Of a DNA stretch of 64,000 bases, positions 1-10,180 are shown piece after piece. Under the pieces are notes generated by a model that searched no databases, was not told the DNA's origin, and saw nothing but the letters and a program-made list of their open reading frames with translations. Every line of letters begins with the position of its first letter. Within the stretch, counting starts at the first letter, position 1. The position numbers were made by a program, and so were the translations under genes. Source of the DNA: Candidatus Poribacteria bacterium (GTDB lineage: Bacteria; Poribacteria; WGA-4E; WGA-3G); NCBI GenBank assembly GCA_965214095.1, contig OZ243938.1, positions 4,608,001-4,672,000 of the forward strand, given 5' to 3'.

Positions 1-347
1 CTTTCAGGCTGAGAGTCATCCGTTGCGTCATCAGTTTCAGACATCTCAACTGGAACTGCAGTCTGAATAAATATCATATCTTCCCAGATAATTGGTGTTG
101 CATGACCCATTCCAGGAATAGGTGCTTTCCAACGGACATTTTCAGATTCACTCCATTCTGTAGGCGGGTTTGCATTCACTGCTGCACCAGTTGTAAGAGG
201 ACCACGCCAATGATGCCAGTTTTCTTGAAACTTATCCGTGCTTTCAGTCTTATCAACATGTTGATAAGCAATTGTGTTTGTCGTCCAGACTGTGATAACG
301 GTTAACACACAGATACACATTATCAAAATTGCAATTCTTTTGTACAT
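1..347 (-). CDS. Secreted PQQ-like (BamB-like) beta-propeller protein; 5' part only, runs off the window edge
   Basis: Manual translation from ATG at 347: [10 protein letters not shown]...(signal peptide)...NWHHWRGP...[28 protein letters not shown], the typical start of this family. The frame stays open to the window edge. Confidence 0.8.
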   Translation of the reverse strand, partial: MYKRIAILIMCICVLTVITVWTTNTIAYQHVDKTESTDKFQENWHHWRGPLTTGAAVNANPPTEWSESENVRWKAPIPGMGHATPIIWEDMIFIQTAVPVEMSETDDATDDSQPE

Positions 348-383
348 AATTATTCCTATTGTTAAGAATGGTTACAGTTTTAC

Positions 384-524
384 TTTATAGTGAAATGTAA
401 AAATATGTGCACACTCTCTGGTAGATGTGGTTTCCGAACCGCATCTAAGCGACTGAACAAACACCGGTTCGGTTAGGAAACCGAACCTACCGTAGTGTGA
501 AAATAATTATAGTTTTTACTATAA
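384..524. repeat. MITE-like element with ~32-bp imperfect TIRs enclosing two inverted GTAG-REP hairpins (REPIN-like)
   Basis: Left TIR tttatagtgaaa...cacact and right TIR agtgtg...tttactataaa. REP at 420-447 (GTAGATGTGGTT-TCCG-AACCGCAT) and REP at 464-491 (reverse complement GGTAGGTTCGGTT-TCCT-AACCGAAC). Related copies at 23981 and 45250. Confidence 0.75.
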
Positions 525-579
525 ATTGTTGCACCCATTGCGTATTATTTGATGGTTTTGATTCATCCACTGTATCAAG

Positions 580-660
580 TTAACCTAAGCTGCTGCTTGC
601 TTTCAATCGGGGTTTCAAACCCCTCCAACAAAGAATAGGTAGTAACTTCTGTTAGGTTAA
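580..660. repeat. Short TIR-bounded element (ttaacctaa...ttaggttaa) with a central ggggttt/aaacccc hairpin; overlaps the peptidase stop codon
   Basis: Perfect 9-bp inverted ends at 580-588 and 652-660, and an internal hairpin at about 609-624. Confidence 0.4.
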
Positions 661-3600
661 TATATCCTCAATAGCAAGGGGTTTCTCTAATTCTTGATTT
701 TCCTCTTCAAGTTTTTCACGACTGGAGACAACACAGACAGCTGCATTATCAAGATTTTCCTCAAAAAGCTGTACAAGTGCGCGCTTCACTTCATCAGGTG
801 TTGCCCTCCGAAGTTGTTTGTAACGTTCCTCTCGTATTTCTCTCGTTATGCCCCCGATGTGATGCCATTGCGCGTTACTTATTGCTTGACTTGGACGAAT
901 TGGTTTTTCAGCATCTTTCGCCGATGAGATGATTGCATGGTCAATATCCGTTTGTGTCCATTCAACTTGCTTGATGTAGTCAATAGTCTGTTCAAACACA
1001 TTAATTGTTCGTGCTACATGCGGATCCCTGAACGAGGATTGATACAGTGCTCCATCAAAAGAACTATAAGAAAGTCCTGCACCGTAAGCATTACCTTTAA
1101 ATCGAATTTCACTCAATATGTAATCCATACGCACAAGATGTGTACCTATAGAGATCAAGATTGAATCTGGATGTGAATAGTGTGGTGCAGACATTACGTG
1201 TGCACAATGTGCAATCTGAATCGGTCCTGCTAAACCCTCACGTGTCGGAGTATCGTAGGGTTGAAATGCCATTGGGTCTGTATTGATTGCTTCATCTCGC
1301 ATAGAATCCAGCCATTCTCCAAGTTTAGTCCGTGTTGTTTGGTAAACAGAGTCAGTTCCGACAAACCCAGCAGTCACACGTTGACGATTTAGGAAGAAAT
1401 CACGGATCTCTTCTATATGACACATGAGATCAGCGTTTAGTTCGTCAAAACTGTTGAGTAAGGTTTCGCTTTGTCTGAGTTGTGGGAGACCGTATACAAT
1501 TTCTGAGAGATGTGCTTGTAATGAAAATCCACGGGCAGCATGGTGAATTGCTGTGTTTGAACCGTTTTGGACCATATCTGTGCGATATTTTGCGACAGTC
1601 TGTACCATTACGTCGAGAAGACGTTCTTTATCTCGTGGGTTCACAGAAAAGACTAAATCATGGAGGACATCAAGTGCAGCATCCATTTTGCCATCAAGTG
1701 CTTTAAGATGGAAGTATGCGTTTTGCAGTGAACGGTCTTGATCAAGTGCATGCGTACGAAATCCTACACCACAACTGATTCCGCCAGTAACTGCCGACTT
1801 TCGTCGTGCCAATTCCGTAAAGTCCATTTCTGCTGCACCGAGTTTACGAATAGCGTTCAAATACTGCGGCATATATGTCCAGAGGTGTTCCGGTAACCCG
1901 CGTATATCAAAATCCAAAACAAAATAGTTAACCCCGTTTGCAAAAACATCGCTTTTAAGAAAATCTTGTCCACCAACTTTTTCTACAGTAGTGGGTATAT
2001 GTTTCGGTTTATCGGGTAAATCCTTTATGCTGAGTTGTGGTAATTTCGCCAATGCTTCAGGTGGATTTGGTTCACCGTTCATGCGTTCCAATTCAGCGGC
2101 ATCAGCAGCAATCTTTAATACCTGATCATCGGTAAGTTGTGTTCTGATTTCCTTAGTTCGTTCTTCCAATTCAGCATCAAGTTTTTTCTGCATGTTTGGA
2201 TCTGGGTAAAGAACACTTGTCAATCGATGTGGATTATCAAGCAAACGTTCCTTAATCAGATCGTTAAAGATAGAGGGATTTTCTTCCCAACGTTTATGAA
2301 TAACAGCCAAACTCTCTCCCATTCTTAGGAAAGTATCCGAATCTTTATCATATATCCACGGTTCAATAACGCGGAACAGTATACGAAGTGGGAACATCGG
2401 GGCTACCTCTTGATAGTGATAAGTTGACTGTTGGAAAGCAGCCTCTACCAATTCACTATCAAAAGTGTTGTTTGCAAGTTCGGTGAGTGTGTCGGTTATA
2501 AGATTGGTGAAAGCTTCTGTTCGTTCCTTCTCACTACCTTTAATGCCGACATAGAATGAACTGTTTGGACCAATGGAACTTGCACCGGAATAAATAATAT
2601 CTGTTCCCAACTTTGAGTCGATAATTGCTTTCTTCAGCGGTGCAGCTTCATTACCGAAAAGTATCAGACTTAGAATATGGCACATGGCAACATCTTCTGG
2701 GTCAGTCGCATCACCGATGAGCCAACTCAGCATTAAGTACGTCTTCTCAGTCAACGACTCATCTGGTGCGACGGGGTATGTGTTAATTACAGATTGATGT
2801 GAATCCCATCTCGGTTGATGTGTGACATTTTTATTCAGCGGATTTAATGAGCCAGTAGTATTGTTTTTGGGTATATTGTCAAGTTTGTCAGAAAGGAATG
2901 CAAGATAGTCAGCTGTTGGAATATCTCCATAAAGAAAAAAGAAGCCATTACTTGGGTGGTAATAAGTTCCATGAAAGTCTTTCAGCTGCTGATATGTCAA
3001 GTCTGGAATTGCATCAGGGTCACCACCTGATTCTTTGGCATATAATGTGTCAGGCAATAGACGACTTGTCATGGATCGATATAATCTTGATTCTGGATCC
3101 GAGAAAACACCTTTCATTTCATTGTAGACAATGCCGGTAATCTTAATATCACCAGTGGGATTTTCTGGATCAACAGGTGCAAGATGGTGTCCTTCCCGTT
3201 TGAAAGTCTCCTCAGTCAGTAGCGGGTGAAAGACTGCATCAAAATAGACTTCTGCTAAGTTGAATAGGTCTTTCTTGACATTGCTCGCGACTGGATAATA
3301 GGTGTGGTCTGAACTTGTCATGGCGTTGATAAAGGTTGCCATACTCATCTTTATCATTTCAAAAAACGGTTCTTTGACAGGAAATTTCTGTGAACCAGCT
3401 AAGACTGCATGTTCCAGAATATGTGGAACACCAGTATCGTTTGTAGGTGGTGTGGGGAAATTAATAGAGAAGAGATTTTCTGAATCATCGGTATACAAAT
3501 GTAGTATACGTGCTCCACTGTTCGGATGTGTCAATTCTATAGTTACTGCACGTAGTTCATCAATCTGTGTGATGTTTTTAACCTCAAATCCGTGAAGTTG

Positions 3601-3681
3601 TTGACCTTTTTGTAGGTCAACGGGTGGGTGAGGTGTCCCACCCTTAGCAATCGCGAGTTTGGAATCCAATTTAACCTCCAT
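652..3681 (-). CDS. Zn metallopeptidase, family M16C (presequence protease PreP/Cym1-like)
   Basis: Inverted Zn motif HILEH in GVPHILEHAVLAGSQKFPVKEPF, plus FINAMT, GIVYNEMKG, SGGDP and a C-terminal EIRFKGNAYG / SFRDP; 1009 aa. Confidence 0.93.
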   Translation of the reverse strand: MEVKLDSKLAIAKGGTPHPPVDLQKGQQLHGFEVKNITQIDELRAVTIELTHPNSGARILHLYTDDSENLFSINFPTPPTNDTGVPHILEHAVLAGSQKFPVKEPFFEMIKMSMATFINAMTSSDHTYYPVASNVKKDLFNLAEVYFDAVFHPLLTEETFKREGHHLAPVDPENPTGDIKITGIVYNEMKGVFSDPESRLYRSMTSRLLPDTLYAKESGGDPDAIPDLTYQQLKDFHGTYYHPSNGFFFLYGDIPTADYLAFLSDKLDNIPKNNTTGSLNPLNKNVTHQPRWDSHQSVINTYPVAPDESLTEKTYLMLSWLIGDATDPEDVAMCHILSLILFGNEAAPLKKAIIDSKLGTDIIYSGASSIGPNSSFYVGIKGSEKERTEAFTNLITDTLTELANNTFDSELVEAAFQQSTYHYQEVAPMFPLRILFRVIEPWIYDKDSDTFLRMGESLAVIHKRWEENPSIFNDLIKERLLDNPHRLTSVLYPDPNMQKKLDAELEERTKEIRTQLTDDQVLKIAADAAELERMNGEPNPPEALAKLPQLSIKDLPDKPKHIPTTVEKVGGQDFLKSDVFANGVNYFVLDFDIRGLPEHLWTYMPQYLNAIRKLGAAEMDFTELARRKSAVTGGISCGVGFRTHALDQDRSLQNAYFHLKALDGKMDAALDVLHDLVFSVNPRDKERLLDVMVQTVAKYRTDMVQNGSNTAIHHAARGFSLQAHLSEIVYGLPQLRQSETLLNSFDELNADLMCHIEEIRDFFLNRQRVTAGFVGTDSVYQTTRTKLGEWLDSMRDEAINTDPMAFQPYDTPTREGLAGPIQIAHCAHVMSAPHYSHPDSILISIGTHLVRMDYILSEIRFKGNAYGAGLSYSSFDGALYQSSFRDPHVARTINVFEQTIDYIKQVEWTQTDIDHAIISSAKDAEKPIRPSQAISNAQWHHIGGITREIREERYKQLRRATPDEVKRALVQLFEENLDNAAVCVVSSREKLEEENQELEKPLAIEDILT

Positions 3682-3693
3682 AATTTTGCATTC

Positions 3694-4998
3694 TTATTTT
3701 TTTGAAAGATCAGCGCACACAAGTTCTTCGCCGTTTCTTGCAAATACATGCTTATATGCATAAGCAGGATGTGCCCAAGTCACCCCTACTCCTCTGCGGT
3801 TCAATTGATCAACAGTCGGTTTAATTAATTTTGCACGACTGATGATATTTAGTCCTTCTGGTGATAGGACTGTGATGAGGAGTTCACCGCGTTCATTAAA
3901 CATCCAAATCTTGTCTTCATTTTGTGTTAAATGTATTGTACTCCACCGTGCTTTTGGCACAGCAGTAAGGTCTTCCCATATACGATCACCCGTTTCAGCC
4001 TTAATGCAACGGAGTTCTCCAAAACTGTCAACACCATATATATGATTCCCTATCCATACAGGTGTTGACATCGTAGTTTGAATGGCATCAGTATTTCTCT
4101 CATTTTCGCCTCTTCTATGCCAACCAAGTTCAAAATCCAATTTCTTGTTAGATAATTTCAATAGTGCTGCACCTTCATAGAAATTAGTGACGAACAGTTG
4201 ATTATTGTTATGAATTGGCGTTGCGACTCCTATCTCCCAATTTGTTGGTGGAATCGGATATTTCCAATGCAATTCACCTGTCTGCGGGTCAATAGCGGTT
4301 ACATTCCATCCTGTCCAACAAATTAAGACTCTTTTCCCTGCTTGTTCAATGATGATTGGTGCTGAATACGAAGCATTGTCCTCTAAGGCAGTCCACTTTT
4401 CTTCACCCGAAATTCTATCAAATGCAACAATACATGCCTCCGGTTTTCCACCTATTTGAACGATAAGAAGATTATCTTCTACAAGTGGAGCACATGCAAT
4501 TCCCCAGATTGGCATTTCAATGTTATATTCTGAATTAAGGTCTTTTTTCCATTTGATTTCACCAGTTGCTGCATCAAAACAGTGTAGATGTCCCATTGCC
4601 CCTAAGGCATAGGCAAGACCTTGATGTACTGTAACATTTGCTCGTGGTCCTACAGGATATTGAATCCTATAGATACAATCATACGTATAAGACCAGATTT
4701 CGTCACCATTTTGCCAATCAAAGCAGTGAACGCGTTCAACCTGTTTCGGTTTTGTCAGTCTGTCTGTAATATAAACGCGACCCTCTGCAACAGTTGGACC
4801 ACTGTACCCACTTCCTATAGGTACACTCCATTTTATAGGTATTTCCTCACCATCAAATTTCTCAATGATACCGGTTTCCTTCCATACGCCATCTCTGTTA
4901 GGACCTCGCCATTGGGGCCAATCATCAGCAGAAACATAGTAAAGATTTAAGGAAAAGACAGTAATGAAAACAGTAAGTAAAAGAGTAATGCGTTTCAT
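3694..4998 (-). CDS. Secreted PQQ-like beta-propeller repeat protein
   Basis: Probable start MKRITLLL (ATG at 4998) gives a signal peptide followed by DDWPQWRGPNRDG, GYSGP and repeated 'xxG+xxW' Trp-docking motifs. Confidence 0.85.
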   Translation of the reverse strand: MKRITLLLTVFITVFSLNLYYVSADDWPQWRGPNRDGVWKETGIIEKFDGEEIPIKWSVPIGSGYSGPTVAEGRVYITDRLTKPKQVERVHCFDWQNGDEIWSYTYDCIYRIQYPVGPRANVTVHQGLAYALGAMGHLHCFDAATGEIKWKKDLNSEYNIEMPIWGIACAPLVEDNLLIVQIGGKPEACIVAFDRISGEEKWTALEDNASYSAPIIIEQAGKRVLICWTGWNVTAIDPQTGELHWKYPIPPTNWEIGVATPIHNNNQLFVTNFYEGAALLKLSNKKLDFELGWHRRGENERNTDAIQTTMSTPVWIGNHIYGVDSFGELRCIKAETGDRIWEDLTAVPKARWSTIHLTQNEDKIWMFNERGELLITVLSPEGLNIISRAKLIKPTVDQLNRRGVGVTWAHPAYAYKHVFARNGEELVCADLSKK

Positions 4999-5179
4999 AA
5001 ATATGAATAAACTCCTTGATAAAATAACGATCTTTTCCAGAACATAATTATTGTTCGCGTTATATCTTTTTTTAATTTGGATTTGCTCAAGTCTTGCTAT
5101 TTTATATTTTTTCTCTTTCTTTGTCAATTGAAAATCAGAAATCCTAAAACTAAATCGCCCTGCTGACATCTTAAGTTTC

Positions 5180-5208
5180 TTGACAATAAAGTAATCAAGA
5201 GGTATAAT
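5180..5208 (+). promoter_or_regulatory. Consensus sigma70 promoter for hen1-pnkp
   Basis: TTGACA (5180-5185), 17-bp spacer, TATAAT (5203-5208), 42 bp upstream of the hen1 ATG. Confidence 0.85.
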
Positions 5209-5250
5209 TTCAACATCAGTTCTTTATTCTTTAATCTTTTCCTTCAAGCA

Positions 5251-6636
5251 ATGTTATTAACAATCACCACATCTTATTCTCCTGCGACCGATCTTGGATA
5301 TCTATTACATAAACATCCTGACCGTCTACAGACTTTTGATCTTGCCTTCGGACGTGTCCATATCTTTTATCCTGAAGCGGACAACGAAAGATGTACAGCT
5401 GCATTGCTGCTTGATGTAGATTCAGTCGGACTTGTGCGGAGAGGCTATGGACAACATCGTGAGAATTTTGCGCTTGCTGAATACGTCAATGATCGTCCTT
5501 ATGTCGCATCTTCATTTATGAGTGTTGCGATTGCGAAGGTCTATAGCAGTGCATTGTCAGGTAAATGTAAAGACCGTCCCGATCTTGTTCAAACACCTAT
5601 TCCTTTAACTGCGAAGTTGTCTATACTACCTTGTCGTGGAGGCGATAAGTTCTTGAGACGATTGTTTGAACCGCTTGGATATTCTGTCATTTCTGAACGA
5701 CATATTTTAGACTCAAGTTTTCAAGAGTGGAGAGACAGTCGTTACTATACAGTCACACTTGAAAAACAGTGTTTGTTAAGCGAGATGTTAAGACATCTTT
5801 ATGTTTTAATTCCTGTACTTGATGATGAAAAGCACTACTGGGTTGCAGAAGCGGAGATAGAGAAACTCCTAAGACACGGAGAAGATTGGTTGTCCGAACA
5901 TCCAGAACAGGAAGCGATTGTCAGTCGTTATCTTAAACATCAACGTAGACTTACACGTCAGGCACTGACACAATTAGGTGATGATGCTGAAGAGGAAGAG
6001 ATTGCTGGACGTTGCGAAACAGAGATAGAAGAACATATTGGACTAAACGAAGTTAGACTAACAAAGACCACAGAGATTATCAAGGAGTCTGGAGCAAAAC
6101 GTGTTTTGGATTTAGGATGTGGTGAAGGAAAACTGTTACGAAAATTGATGCGAGACAAGCAGTTTGAAGAAGTCGTTGGCATGGATGTCTCACATCAATC
6201 GTTGAAAATCGCACAGCAACGATTGCATTATGATCGTTTATCAGAAAAGGAACAGGAACGACTGTCATTTATACAAGGATCGTTATGTTATCGGGATAGT
6301 CGTTTATCGGGATATGATGCTGCAGCTGTGATAGAGGTGATTGAACACTTAGATAAACCGCGCCTTGCTGCATTTGAACGTGTTGTATTTGAATATGCTT
6401 GTCCTAAAATGGTAGCATTGACAACACCTAATGTAGAATATAATGTCAAATTTGAGAACTTGCCAGCGGGTAAATTTCGGCATAGAGACCATCGTTTTGA
6501 ATGGACACGGCGTGAATTTGAATCTTGGGCATCGGATGTTGCCAAACGGTTTGGATATACTGTTATGTATTATCCTATCGGAGAAGAAGATTCCGTTGTT
6601 GGTTCACCTACCCAGATGGCGGTGTTTACGCAATAA
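5251..6636 (+). CDS. hen1: Hen1 3'-terminal RNA ribose 2'-O-methyltransferase
   Basis: N-terminal Hen1_L domain (PATDLGYLLHKHP, YVNDRPY, HLYVLIPVLDDEKHYW) and C-terminal methyltransferase (VLDLGCGEG, EVIEH, TTPN, RHRDHRFEWTR); directly upstream of pnkp. Confidence 0.96.
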   Translation: MLLTITTSYSPATDLGYLLHKHPDRLQTFDLAFGRVHIFYPEADNERCTAALLLDVDSVGLVRRGYGQHRENFALAEYVNDRPYVASSFMSVAIAKVYSSALSGKCKDRPDLVQTPIPLTAKLSILPCRGGDKFLRRLFEPLGYSVISERHILDSSFQEWRDSRYYTVTLEKQCLLSEMLRHLYVLIPVLDDEKHYWVAEAEIEKLLRHGEDWLSEHPEQEAIVSRYLKHQRRLTRQALTQLGDDAEEEEIAGRCETEIEEHIGLNEVRLTKTTEIIKESGAKRVLDLGCGEGKLLRKLMRDKQFEEVVGMDVSHQSLKIAQQRLHYDRLSEKEQERLSFIQGSLCYRDSRLSGYDAAAVIEVIEHLDKPRLAAFERVVFEYACPKMVALTTPNVEYNVKFENLPAGKFRHRDHRFEWTRREFESWASDVAKRFGYTVMYYPIGEEDSVVGSPTQMAVFTQ

Positions 6637-6650
6637 ATAGAAATGAAATT

Positions 6651-9215
6651 ATGCAGATCAATATTCCAGATCAATCACTTGTAGTGCTTATTGGAGCATC
6701 AGGTTCGGGCAAATCAACTTTTGCTAAGAAGCACTTTAAACCGACAGAGATTCTTTCATCCGATTTCTGTAGAGGACTTGTTTCTGACGATGAAAATGAC
6801 CAAAATGCAACAAAAGATGCGTTTGAAGTTCTACATTACATTGCTGCCAAACGTCTTGCTGCAGGTAAGTTAACTGTCGTTGATGCAACCAATGTTCAGC
6901 ATGAGGCAAGGAAACCGTTGCTTGAATTGGCTCGGAAATATCACTATCTATCAGTTGCAATTGTCTTGAATATTCCTGCTAAATTCTGTCAGGAAAGAAA
7001 CGAAACCCGACCTGACCGAAATTTCAAACCGCATGTTGTTCGTAATCAGACAAGTCAACTCCGTAGATCATTACGTTCATTGAAACGCGAAGGGTTTCGG
7101 AACTTTCTATATGTTTTGTCTTCACCAGAGGAAGTTGAGTCTGCACAGATTGAACGTCAACCGATGTGGACAAATCGGATGGATGAAACTGGACCGTTTG
7201 ATATTATTGGTGATATACACGGTTGTTATGATGAGCTTGTTGAATTGCTGATGAGGCTTGGATATGAAGTAACTACAAAAGATGGTGATGTGCCTGTTAT
7301 CGTATCTCCACGGGATAGAAAAGTCCTATTTGTTGGTGATTATGTTGACCGAGGACCTAAAGTCGTTGAAGTGCTACGATTGGTTATGGAGATGCACAGA
7401 AATGGGATTGCCTTATGTGTGCCGGGGAATCATGATGTAAAACTAGCACGTGCTCTTAGAGGAAAAAACGTAGCACAGACACATGGTTTAGCAGAATCGC
7501 TTACGCAATTAGAAAATGAAACACCAGAATTTAGGGAGAAAGTTGGCGATTTCATAGAAGGATTGGTGAGTCACTATGTTTTGGATGAAGGTAAATTGGT
7601 TGTTGCACACGCGGGAATGAAGCAAGAATATCAAGGTCGTGCATCGGGACGTGTTCGTCAATTTGCTCTATATGGTGAGACTACTGGAGAAACAGATGAA
7701 TTCGGTTTGCCTATTAGATTGAATTGGGCAGAAGAGTATCGGGGACAAGCTACTGTTGTCTATGGTCATACATCGGTTGCAGAACCTGAATGGATGAATC
7801 GCACAATAAACATTGATACGGGTTGTGTTTACGGAGGCAAGTTAACTGCTTTACGTTATCCCGAAAAGGAATATGTTTCTGTTCCTGCAAAGAAGATATA
7901 TTATGAACCTGCTAAACCATTGAATGAAACAACGGAAGCAGAAAGGTCTAAAGGGAATCAGAAAGATGATGGTATCCTTGATATAAATGATGTAATAGGT
8001 AAGAGAATAATCAGCACACGCCTAAATCACAATGTTACAATTCGTGAAGAGAATACTATCAATGCCTTGGAAGTCATGAGTCGGTTTGCCATTGACCCGA
8101 AATGGTTAATCTATCTTCCACCGACTATGTCTCCGACTGAGACATCAACAAGAGAGGGTCTTCTTGAGCATCCTGCTGAAGGATTTACTTACTATCGCAA
8201 TCAAGGAGTTTCCAAAGTTGTATGGCAAGAGAAACACATGGGTTCGCGTGCAATTGTTATTGTATGTAAAGATCCGGAAGCTGCTCGTAAACGGTTTGGT
8301 GCATCAGGTGATACAATTGGTGTTTGTTATACACGTACTGGCAGACCATTTTTTGATGATGCTACAATGGAAAATGCCCTGCTAAGTTCCGTAAAGCAGG
8401 TAGTCGATGATGCAGGATTGTGGGAGACTTTGGACACAGATTGGCTTTGTCTTGATTGTGAGTTAATGCCGTGGTCAGTAAAAGCACAAGCATTATTACG
8501 TCAACAATATGCACCTGTCGGTACATCTGCGCGTGCTGCCTTGGCAGATGCAGTTGCATCATTAGAAACTACTGGTAATCGAGGTATTGAAGTTGAGGAG
8601 TTATTGGGTAGTTATCAGAAACGTTCAGATACTATAAGCGGGTATGTTGATGCATATCGGAAATATTGTTGGTCAGTGGATTCTGTATCTGACTTAAAAC
8701 TTGCGCCATTTCATCTATTGGCATCGGAAGGGAAAGTATATGTTGACAAGGATCATTTGTGGCACATGGAAATGCTTTCAAAATTATGTAATAGTTCCAA
8801 GAATAGTGTGATATTCAGCACATCCTATGGATTGGTTGATTTGAAAGACGAGAATAGTGTTAACTTGGCAATTCAACATTGGGAGGAACTTACTTCTCAA
8901 GGTGGGGAAGGTATTGTTATCAAACCCTTTGATTTTGTTGTGAAGGGTAAGCGTGGACTTGTACAACCTGCAGTAAAATGTCGTGGTAGAGAGTATCTAC
9001 GTATTATCTATGGACCTGAATATACGTTACAGAAGAATTTAGAGCGGCTTCGTGCAAGAGGATTATCGCACAAACGTTCCCTGGCAATCAGAGAATTTGC
9101 ATTAGGAGTGGAGGCACTTGAGCGATTTGTCAATCGTGAACCGTTGTCTAAAGTTCATGAATGTGTATTCGGAGTATTGGCACTTGAAAGTGAATCAGTT
9201 GACCCAAGGCTGTGA
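6651..9215 (+). CDS. pnkp: Pnkp polynucleotide kinase-phosphatase-ligase (bacterial RNA repair)
   Basis: Start MQINIP at 6651. P-loop GASGSGKS; metallophosphatase motifs GDIHG, GDYVDRG, GNHD, YGH; ligase motifs EKHMGSR, EGIVIKP, KCRGREYLRIIYG; ends VDPRL. Confidence 0.96.
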   Translation: MQINIPDQSLVVLIGASGSGKSTFAKKHFKPTEILSSDFCRGLVSDDENDQNATKDAFEVLHYIAAKRLAAGKLTVVDATNVQHEARKPLLELARKYHYLSVAIVLNIPAKFCQERNETRPDRNFKPHVVRNQTSQLRRSLRSLKREGFRNFLYVLSSPEEVESAQIERQPMWTNRMDETGPFDIIGDIHGCYDELVELLMRLGYEVTTKDGDVPVIVSPRDRKVLFVGDYVDRGPKVVEVLRLVMEMHRNGIALCVPGNHDVKLARALRGKNVAQTHGLAESLTQLENETPEFREKVGDFIEGLVSHYVLDEGKLVVAHAGMKQEYQGRASGRVRQFALYGETTGETDEFGLPIRLNWAEEYRGQATVVYGHTSVAEPEWMNRTINIDTGCVYGGKLTALRYPEKEYVSVPAKKIYYEPAKPLNETTEAERSKGNQKDDGILDINDVIGKRIISTRLNHNVTIREENTINALEVMSRFAIDPKWLIYLPPTMSPTETSTREGLLEHPAEGFTYYRNQGVSKVVWQEKHMGSRAIVIVCKDPEAARKRFGASGDTIGVCYTRTGRPFFDDATMENALLSSVKQVVDDAGLWETLDTDWLCLDCELMPWSVKAQALLRQQYAPVGTSARAALADAVASLETTGNRGIEVEELLGSYQKRSDTISGYVDAYRKYCWSVDSVSDLKLAPFHLLASEGKVYVDKDHLWHMEMLSKLCNSSKNSVIFSTSYGLVDLKDENSVNLAIQHWEELTSQGGEGIVIKPFDFVVKGKRGLVQPAVKCRGREYLRIIYGPEYTLQKNLERLRARGLSHKRSLAIREFALGVEALERFVNREPLSKVHECVFGVLALESESVDPRL

Positions 9216-9271
9216 AATATATTCCCATATTTTTATGAATTTTTGAAGATTCAGGGACAACAAACACTGAT

Positions 9272-10174
9272 ATGAAGTATAAACATCTATCAATATTTTT
9301 ATGTGTAATTTTTTATAGTCTTAGTATTTTCCTTTGTGGATGTCAGGACCCTTCTCCGATAACTAATGGAATTACTGAGGAGAATGAAGTAGTTTTTAAT
9401 GATTATCAACTTACTGAGGATGAAACATGGTTGCCTGAAAACACCTATGTAGTGAAAGGCACATTAGTAGTGCCGGCAGATATAGTACTTGAGATTATGC
9501 CGGGAACGGTTGTTAAATTTGATCGGGATGCACAAATAATGGTCACTGGTCTGAGAGCTTTACTAAAAGTTGGAACATCTCTGTTAGAGGAAAGATTAGA
9601 TGAACCTGTGACTTTTACATCAGATAGTTCAAATCCACAACCTGGGGATTGGAAAGGAATCTTTTTTGACTTTACAAAAGATGCAGATAGTTTTCTAAGA
9701 GGATTAGTCATAGAATACGCAGAGGTAGCCGTTGACATCAGATCCACTTCTCCTACATTGATAGATTGCACGCTGCAGAATAACGAAACTGCAATAGCGT
9801 TGAATGGCAGTGATTCAATAATCAGATACAATAAAATACTCAATAATGAAATAGGTATTAGTACAATTGAACGGCAGAATAGACCACAAATTGAGTCCAA
9901 TGTAATAAGAGAAAATGAGACTGGTATTTTCTGTGAGAACGTACAATCGATTATCCAGTTCAACAACTTAGAAACCAATGAATTCTCATTAAGACTAAAT
10001 GTAAAATTTGATCTACTAATTTCAAACAATTGGTGGGGGACAATTGATAGTGATAAAATTGACCAGATGATACTGGATTCTGCTGATGTAGAATTGGTGA
10101 CAAAACAATTGGGAACTGTGAATTATTTTCCGATTGCAGAAACAAGGTTCACGGAGGCTGGACCAAGGGAGTGA
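9272..10174 (+). CDS. Lipoprotein with right-handed parallel beta-helix (pectin-lyase/NosD-like fold)
   Basis: Lipobox-like LCGC; PGTVVKF, PVTFTS, PGDWKGI, Asn/Ile-rich 'xNxIxxNxxGI' repeats and NNWWG. Confidence 0.75.
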   Translation: MKYKHLSIFLCVIFYSLSIFLCGCQDPSPITNGITEENEVVFNDYQLTEDETWLPENTYVVKGTLVVPADIVLEIMPGTVVKFDRDAQIMVTGLRALLKVGTSLLEERLDEPVTFTSDSSNPQPGDWKGIFFDFTKDADSFLRGLVIEYAEVAVDIRSTSPTLIDCTLQNNETAIALNGSDSIIRYNKILNNEIGISTIERQNRPQIESNVIRENETGIFCENVQSIIQFNNLETNEFSLRLNVKFDLLISNNWWGTIDSDKIDQMILDSADVELVTKQLGTVNYFPIAETRFTEAGPRE

Positions 10175-10180
10175 TAGGCA

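Noticed and set aside
3694-4998. PQQ-dependent dehydrogenase or true BamB
   Set aside because: Only generic propeller repeats; no catalytic motifs or bam context visible.
4999-5169. N-terminal extension of the ORF-track call 3694..5169
   Set aside because: AT-rich intergenic/promoter DNA; the signal peptide starts at ATG 4998.
6525-6650. Long overlap or fusion between hen1 and pnkp
   Set aside because: Pnkp homology starts at MQINIP (6651), after the hen1 stop; the upstream part is just an open frame.
9445-10029. 194-aa antisense ORF
   Set aside because: Shadow of the beta-helix gene with no motifs; the same applies to the many short antisense ORFs over the LRR and other genes.
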